Shown here: positions 59,167 to 64,000 of the stretch, piece after piece
Layout of the letters: every line of letters begins with the position of its first letter
Numbering within the stretch: position 1 is the first letter of the stretch
Source: Macrostomum lignano
Lineage: Eukaryota
Reading direction: 5' to 3'
NCBI GenBank assembly: GCA_002269645.1
Contig: NIVC01001166.1
Coordinates: forward strand, 1-64,000
DNA: 64,000 nucleotides
The notes under the pieces: generated by a model
Seen by the model: only the letters and a program-made list of their open reading frames with translations
The model's database searches: none
What the model was told of the DNA's origin: nothing
Position numbers and translations under genes: made by a program

Positions 59167-59224
59167 CCCGCTCACTCAGGGTGTACAGCGAAGTCCCCTG
59201 ACTTCCTCACCGTCAGGCATGTAC
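59167..59224 (+). mobile_element. Dispersed repeat, partial copy C (core only)
   Basis: CGCTCACTCAGGGTGTACAGCG...CCTGACTTCCTCACCGTCAGGCATGTAC. Confidence 0.55.
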
Positions 59225-59351
59225 CCTCCTCGGGCCAAATTTTTTCTCACGAGCCCCAAATTAATGCGGCCGCGGACCTGAGTCCTTGGACGCGAGGGTT
59301 GGACGCGTCTACCTGTGCAACTTAGGATATGTGTTATCTTCCACTAAATCG

Positions 59352-59415
59352 GGGTAAACGGCGGGAGTAACTTAACTGTCCTTCGATATTTAAAAGCCTC
59401 GTCATCTAATTAGTG
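59352..59415 (+). pseudogene. 64-bp 28S rRNA-like fragment (helix 69-71 region); not an rRNA gene
   Basis: GGGTAAACGGCGGGAGTAACT (59352-59372) and GCCTCGTCATCTAATTAGTG (59396-59415) match the conserved LSU sequence as recalled, in the right order and spacing. The centre and both flanks do not match. Confidence 0.8.
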
Positions 59416-60034
59416 CTTTGCAATACCTGCAAAACACTATGATGAGTTTTTGCTATGTGCGCCGAACGCCGTCCTCCAAAAACCCCATCACAAAATCCAC
59501 TGGTTGCGCCTTTGCAGCCTTACCTTTCGCGTCCCAGTCCTCGTCGCTGCCAGACGAGTCAATGTCTCTGAAGGAATTGGCCAGGGTCAGCATGATAACT
59601 GCGTGTGTGCGATCGGCCTTTGCTCCTCACTGGTGTATCAAGTTGGCCACTTATTATATATATATGTCTGTGTGCGTACATGTAGCTTCCACTGCTCTGT
59701 ATGAGGATAAGTTGTTTGCGCCGATCCCAGCTCTGGTCCCAGCCAATTGCAATTCCAGCTGAGGCGGTTGGGCCCCGCCCGGCTCATCTAGTCAGGTTTT
59801 TTCAGTTAGGCCCTGCTGTATGCAAGGGCGGGAGTTGGGTTTTTTGTTATTTTTATTGTTATCCAGTCAGTGTTGGCTTGTAGCTGTTGTTTAAAAATTC
59901 ATAATATTAATTTCTCTTAGTTTTTGGCCGACTCTGCTGCTTCTAGCACTAATTTGTATAGGTTTCTACATGTATACCTCCTAGCTGTGTCCTTTTCACT
60001 ATACTTAACCCGTTATTTCTGGCTCTGGACCTTC

Positions 60035-60330
60035 ACCTCTTCCCTCTTCCACCCCTTCCTCCCTCTTCCACCCCCTCCTCTTCCGCCCTTCCCTCTTCCA
60101 CCCCTTCCTCTTCCGCCCCTCCCTCTTCCACCCCTTCCTCTTCCGCCCTTCCTCCCTCTTCCGCCCCTTCCTCTTCCGCCCCTTCCTCTTCCGCCCCTTC
60201 CTCCCTCTTCCACCCCTTCCTCTTCCGCCCCTTCCTCCCTCTTCCGCCCCTTCCTCTTCCGCCCCTTCCTCTTCCGCCCCTTCCTCTTCCGCCCCTTCCT
60301 CTTCCGGTCCCTCTTCCGCCCATTCCCCCT
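60035..60330. repeat. Homopyrimidine/homopurine repeat (CCTCTTCCGCCCCTT)n
   Basis: ~300 bp almost free of purines on the + strand. Confidence 0.9.
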
Positions 60331-60684
60331 CGTTCCCCAATTTATTCCAATTAGAAATAAATACCTCGCCACCGCTCGTTGGTTATAAAAGTTAAAGCCC
60401 TACACTTTGCCTCTGTACGCAACGCTGCCAGTAGATTTCAATCCCCCCTTGTCTGGGAGAGCTGCACAGGTTCAAATATTTGCTCACAAAATTTATATAA
60501 TTTGCCAAACTTACTTCCCTGTGTCTATATGCGTACGGCAGCGCGGTCTGCAGCTCTGTCTCTTCCTGTGTCAACAGCCGACTCTATGCATCTTATTTTT
60601 GCCCCAATGCTGAATTTATCAAATAGCAGCTCGGATTTCTTTGTTTATAAGTTTGATGCTGCACTTGATAGGCAGGGCAGATAG

Positions 60685-61228
60685 TGACAGGTGGATAGGG
60701 CAGTTATCAGCCAGTAGATAGGGCAGTTATCAATCAATAGACAGGGTAGATATCAATCAATAGACAGGGCAGATATCAGTCAGTAAACAAAGCAGATATC
60801 AGCCAGTAGACAGAGCAGATATCAGCCAGTAGACAGGGCAGATATCAGCCAGTAGACAGGGCAGATATCAGCCAGTAGACAGGGCAGATATCAGCCAGTA
60901 GACAGGGCAGATGTCAGCCAGTAGACAGGGCAGATATCAGTCAGCAGACATGGCAGATATCAGCCAGTAGACATGGCAGATATCAGTCAGTAGACAGGGC
61001 AGATATCAGTCAGCAGACATGGCAGATATCAGTCAGCAGACATGGCAGATATCAGTCAGTAGACAGGGCAGATATCAGTCAGCAGACATGGCAGATATCA
61101 GTCAGTAGACATGGCAGATATCAGTCAGTAGACAGGGCAGATATCAGTCAGCAGACATGGCAGATATCAGTCAGTAGACATAGCAGATATCAGTCAGCAG
61201 ACATGGCAGATATCAGTCAGTAGACATG
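60685..61228. repeat. 20-bp minisatellite
   Basis: AGACAGGGCAGATATCAGCCAGT/AGACATGGCAGATATCAGTCAGC-type units. Confidence 0.92.
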
Positions 61229-62437
61229 GCACTACTATATGAACCCGTAAGGCTTGATTTTGGAGGTGAGGTGGGTGTCAACCCTCCTCGCCTCTCATTG
61301 GCTGGCGCCCCGATCACTAGGTGATCGATACCCGTATCGATATCGGCGCTCGGCGCGCGCGCGCGCGCCGCAGGCGCCAAGCGCCGCAGGCGACCCTCCC
61401 CAGCCGCAGGCGCACCTACCGATATTAGATCCCAATAAATCAATCAGATCCCAAATCAATCAGATCCCAAATCAATCAGATCCCAAGCGCACCCTCCAGA
61501 GCAGCAGGCGCCCATGCCGCAGGCACCCCGAGTGTACACTCTACCGAGCCGCAGGCACCCCGAGTGTACACTCTACCGAGCCGCAGGCACCCCGAGTGTA
61601 CACTCTACCGAGCCAAAGGTACACTCTACCACTCTCCCGATATGTACACTCTACCACTCTTCCGATATGTAGTCAACGATATTAGGCTAGTGAAAACTAC
61701 TTATAGTAGATGAAATTGCGTATATTTACATAAAAAGTAGATAAAACATATTGGTAGGTGTGAATAATGACGCATAATACATATTGGAGCATATGAGCAG
61801 CAAAAACACACAATGTAGGTGCATGGGCAGAAATAGACAAAGCAGGTACTGTAGGCGCTACATAGGTGGAAATACACACACAGCAGGTTTACAAAGTGTA
61901 CTTTCGATACATATCGGATTAATGTATAAAGCGGGTTTACAAGGCATGCATAAGGCGTAGTTGTATAATGCAGGTGCGCATGTATAATCAGATTATAGGC
62001 AAACGCCCAGGTGCAACAGACGCGTAAATAATGTCACACCGACTAAAGAGTAAATATTGTCTAACCCGCAGGTGCATAAAAATTTTAAACAAAAGCGGTT
62101 CGGGGAAATCCCAAAAGGGAGGTTTTAGCCGCCCGTTTTCGCCACCGCCGCCGCCGCCCTAACCCTCTTATAGGTACAATTGCGTTGAAAGTATTTCGAG
62201 TCATTAGGTTGTAATGACCCTCCATATTTTAGGTGGGTGGACTCGAGCCCGGGGCCAGCCCATTTCAGTTTTTTGGGCCGGCCCCTCTGCCAATTTCCTC
62301 CCTAGGAGCGAGCTATCAGAATTGGTCTTTTAACCCCCGTGTATACACACATAGAGGCCCCCAGCTAGCGCCCATTCTAACCTACCCAGTGTACAGTGTT
62401 GGGTTCCCCAAACCGCGTACAAAGAGAAATACCCTTA

Positions 62438-63455
62438 TCAGTCAATCTCCATACGCTCCCTCAGGGCTGTCTCGTACGCGGCCTCTTCCTCCACGCTCTC
62501 GAAGCAGTAGTCGGATGACTGGCAATGTGGAAATTATAACAGTCAATGTAGATAGAATATATGCAAGGTATATGATTAGATGAGTTGTGTATATAATGTA
62601 ATATCTTACCAAATCTAAATCGTCCTCCAGCCGCCACAGACGTAGAGACGCTGTATAGCGCACCAACGAAAGGTGCTCCTCCCAGTTGGAGGGCCATGCG
62701 GCGGGCTCATCCCACGCAGTTGGCCGTGCTCCCGGACCGGCCAGGTACGCCTCCGAGTCGGGGGCATACGAATTGCGCCCCATCAACCAGTCCTGGTGCA
62801 GAGTCTCAGCCTCCAGCACCTCCCGTAGGCCGGCACCCCTCGCAACCAAAGTATCAAGAACCCGATTAAAGGCTCTGACAAAGGTGGCTTAGGAAGGCAG
62901 CCCGCCTGGGTGGCGAGACCTCAACCAGTCAATGTCCCCGCGGAAAAATGAGGCCACAATGCGGGGAAAGCGCTCACGAACCACGGCGATCTCCTCAGAC
63001 ATATCCTCGTCCTCGTCGTCGTCGAAGAGAAGGAGCGTAGTGGCTGATGATATTGAGGCCCGGTGGGAGGTAGTTGAAGCAGCAGCAGAGACGGGCGTAG
63101 TAGAGGCGGCAGCAGCAGAGACGGGCGCAGCAGAGGCAGGGCCGGTTGTGGTCAGCTCCTCAACAGAGACGTCAAAGAGGGCGGCTGAGGCGGTAGTCAA
63201 ATCGGAGGCAGTAGCAGCAGGGGCACCGTTCACAACCCCGCCGATAGCCAGCAGCGGGAGGTCAAAAACTTCAGACTCGGTGTCGCTATCATAGGACATA
63301 GCCCAAGCTAGATATTGATCAGCCTCCCAATTATCACTTCCGTTGTTTTCAGTGCCTAGGGGAACTATGTGTTCTGGGATATCCCCGTCGAGGCTGGTTA
63401 ACTCTTCAGTCGGGCGATTATTATCCCAGAGGTTGGATAGAGCTCGGCGGGACAT
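62438..63455 (-). CDS. Unknown acidic protein; exons 63455-62610 and 62518-62438, with an in-frame TAA at 62891-62889
   Basis: ATG 63455 lies ~70 nt downstream of TATATAA (~63531-63525). The frame continues past the TAA (ATFVRAFNRVLDTLVARG...RLEDDLDL). A phase-0 intron GTAAGA 62609 to CCAG 62519 joins SSDYCFESVEEEAAYETALRERMEID*. Confidence 0.6.
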
Positions 63456-63569
63456 GCTAGAATCAACAGAGAGTAAAGTATTAGAGCTGAGATAGGGTTT
63501 GACTCTCTGGAGAGGGGAAACACTAATTATATAGACGGATCGAGTGAGGCGGTGTGAGCCAATAGGAAA

Positions 63570-64000
63570 CTAGCAGTCCCAACCCTCGTTAAACAGATTT
63601 TCCCAGGGTGGAGATTGGTAGGGTTTGAGACCCACGAGCTGAAGAACATCCACCTCAGTCCCTGCTACCGGAGGCGTGTCTGTCTTGACTCGCTTGGCTG
63701 GAGGGGGTGCCTCAGGTGCCGGCTTGAAGAGCTTGTCCAAACGGGAGGCAAACATCCTGCGCCACAGTTCAGGCGTGAATTCGATCGTGTAGCGCCAATT
63801 AAACTTTGGGTCCTGATTGAGCCAATTGCGCAGCAAACGGATCCTCCCTCGCGAAGCTTCAACTGCCTTGAAATTGCCCAACAGGACCCGCTTGTTCACG
63901 TGAAGGCGGGCAGCAGCCTCCAGGTCAGGGCGCGCAGCTTCGAGCTTCTTCCACTCTGGCTCGCTCAAGTAGATTGCAGGGAAGCCGTCCTTCCACACTC
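63570..64000 (-). CDS. C-terminal part of a protein with possible tandem PC4/Sub1-like ssDNA-binding modules
   Basis: WKDGFPAIYLSEPEWKKL and IRLLRNW...TIEFTPELWRRM resemble the PC4 pattern IREYW...GISL.PEQW..L; KRVK NLS-like motif; runs off the window. Confidence 0.45.
   Translation of the reverse strand, partial: VWKDGFPAIYLSEPEWKKLEAARPDLEAAARLHVNKRVLLGNFKAVEASRGRIRLLRNWLNQDPKFNWRYTIEFTPELWRRMFASRLDKLFKPAPEAPPPAKRVKTDTPPVAGTEVDVLQLVGLKPYQSPPWENLFNEGWDC

Larger units (their letters stand above)
61230..64000 (-). mobile_element. Candidate end of a virus-like or Polinton/Maverick-like element
   Basis: Palindrome- and direct-repeat-rich segment (61320-61670), an AT-rich spacer, then tightly packed minus-strand genes with a TATA promoter and codon style unlike the host genes. 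No hallmark gene (pPolB, integrase, capsid) is visible. Confidence 0.35.

Noticed and set aside
59352-59415. Minus-strand snoRNA with two 28S guides as the explanation for the rRNA-like island
   Set aside because: No C box upstream and no CTGA after either block on that strand; the blocks are collinear with the rRNA itself.
59455-59640. Minus-strand coding-like stretch MLTLANSFRDIDSSGSDEDWDAK followed by a GTAAGG donor
   Set aside because: Short, no recognisable family and no partner exon found.
61230-61240. ACTACT as a Polinton terminus
   Set aside because: Wrong orientation for a left end (AGTAGT expected), and no partner end or TSD is visible in the window.
62157-62166. Telomeric CCCTAA seed
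   Set aside because: Only about 1.5 units; not informative.

Overview
Eukaryotic genomic DNA. The compact GC/Ala-rich exons, short introns and introns filled with minisatellites suggest a free-living flatworm such as Macrostomum lignano (inference only). Bases 1-26.2 kb hold seven head-to-tail + strand genes: the 3' end of an unknown membrane-type gene, RBM28 (frameshifted), a small atypical C/EBP/CHOP-like bZIP, LARP7, a single-domain rhodanese, PUS7 and SART3. This looks like a trans-spliced, operon-like cluster enriched in RNA-processing and U6 factors. A repeat-only zone follows (26.5-35 kb), then a minus-strand DEG/ENaC channel, intronless FRG1, glutaminase (own TATA/CCAAT promoter), PELP1, and the first exon of trichoplein. 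The apparent large first intron of trichoplein contains satellites, a 28S rRNA-like island with the R2/I-PpoI site erased, and the end of a compact virus/Polinton-like element. Main leads: (1) the operon-like cluster, with PELP1 and probably RBM28 ORFs starting at phase-0 splice acceptors, as if the spliced-leader AUG supplies the start codon; (2) tandem repeats next to or inside genes that carry arrays of transcription-factor motifs (NF-Y CCAAT, ETS, AP-1/MARE, CRE, Pol III B-box); (3) the 28S mimic; (4) a CORE-SINE and a tRNA-derived satellite. All gene identities come from recalled family motifs, not database searches. Most long ORFs in the supplied track are artefacts of stop-free repeats.
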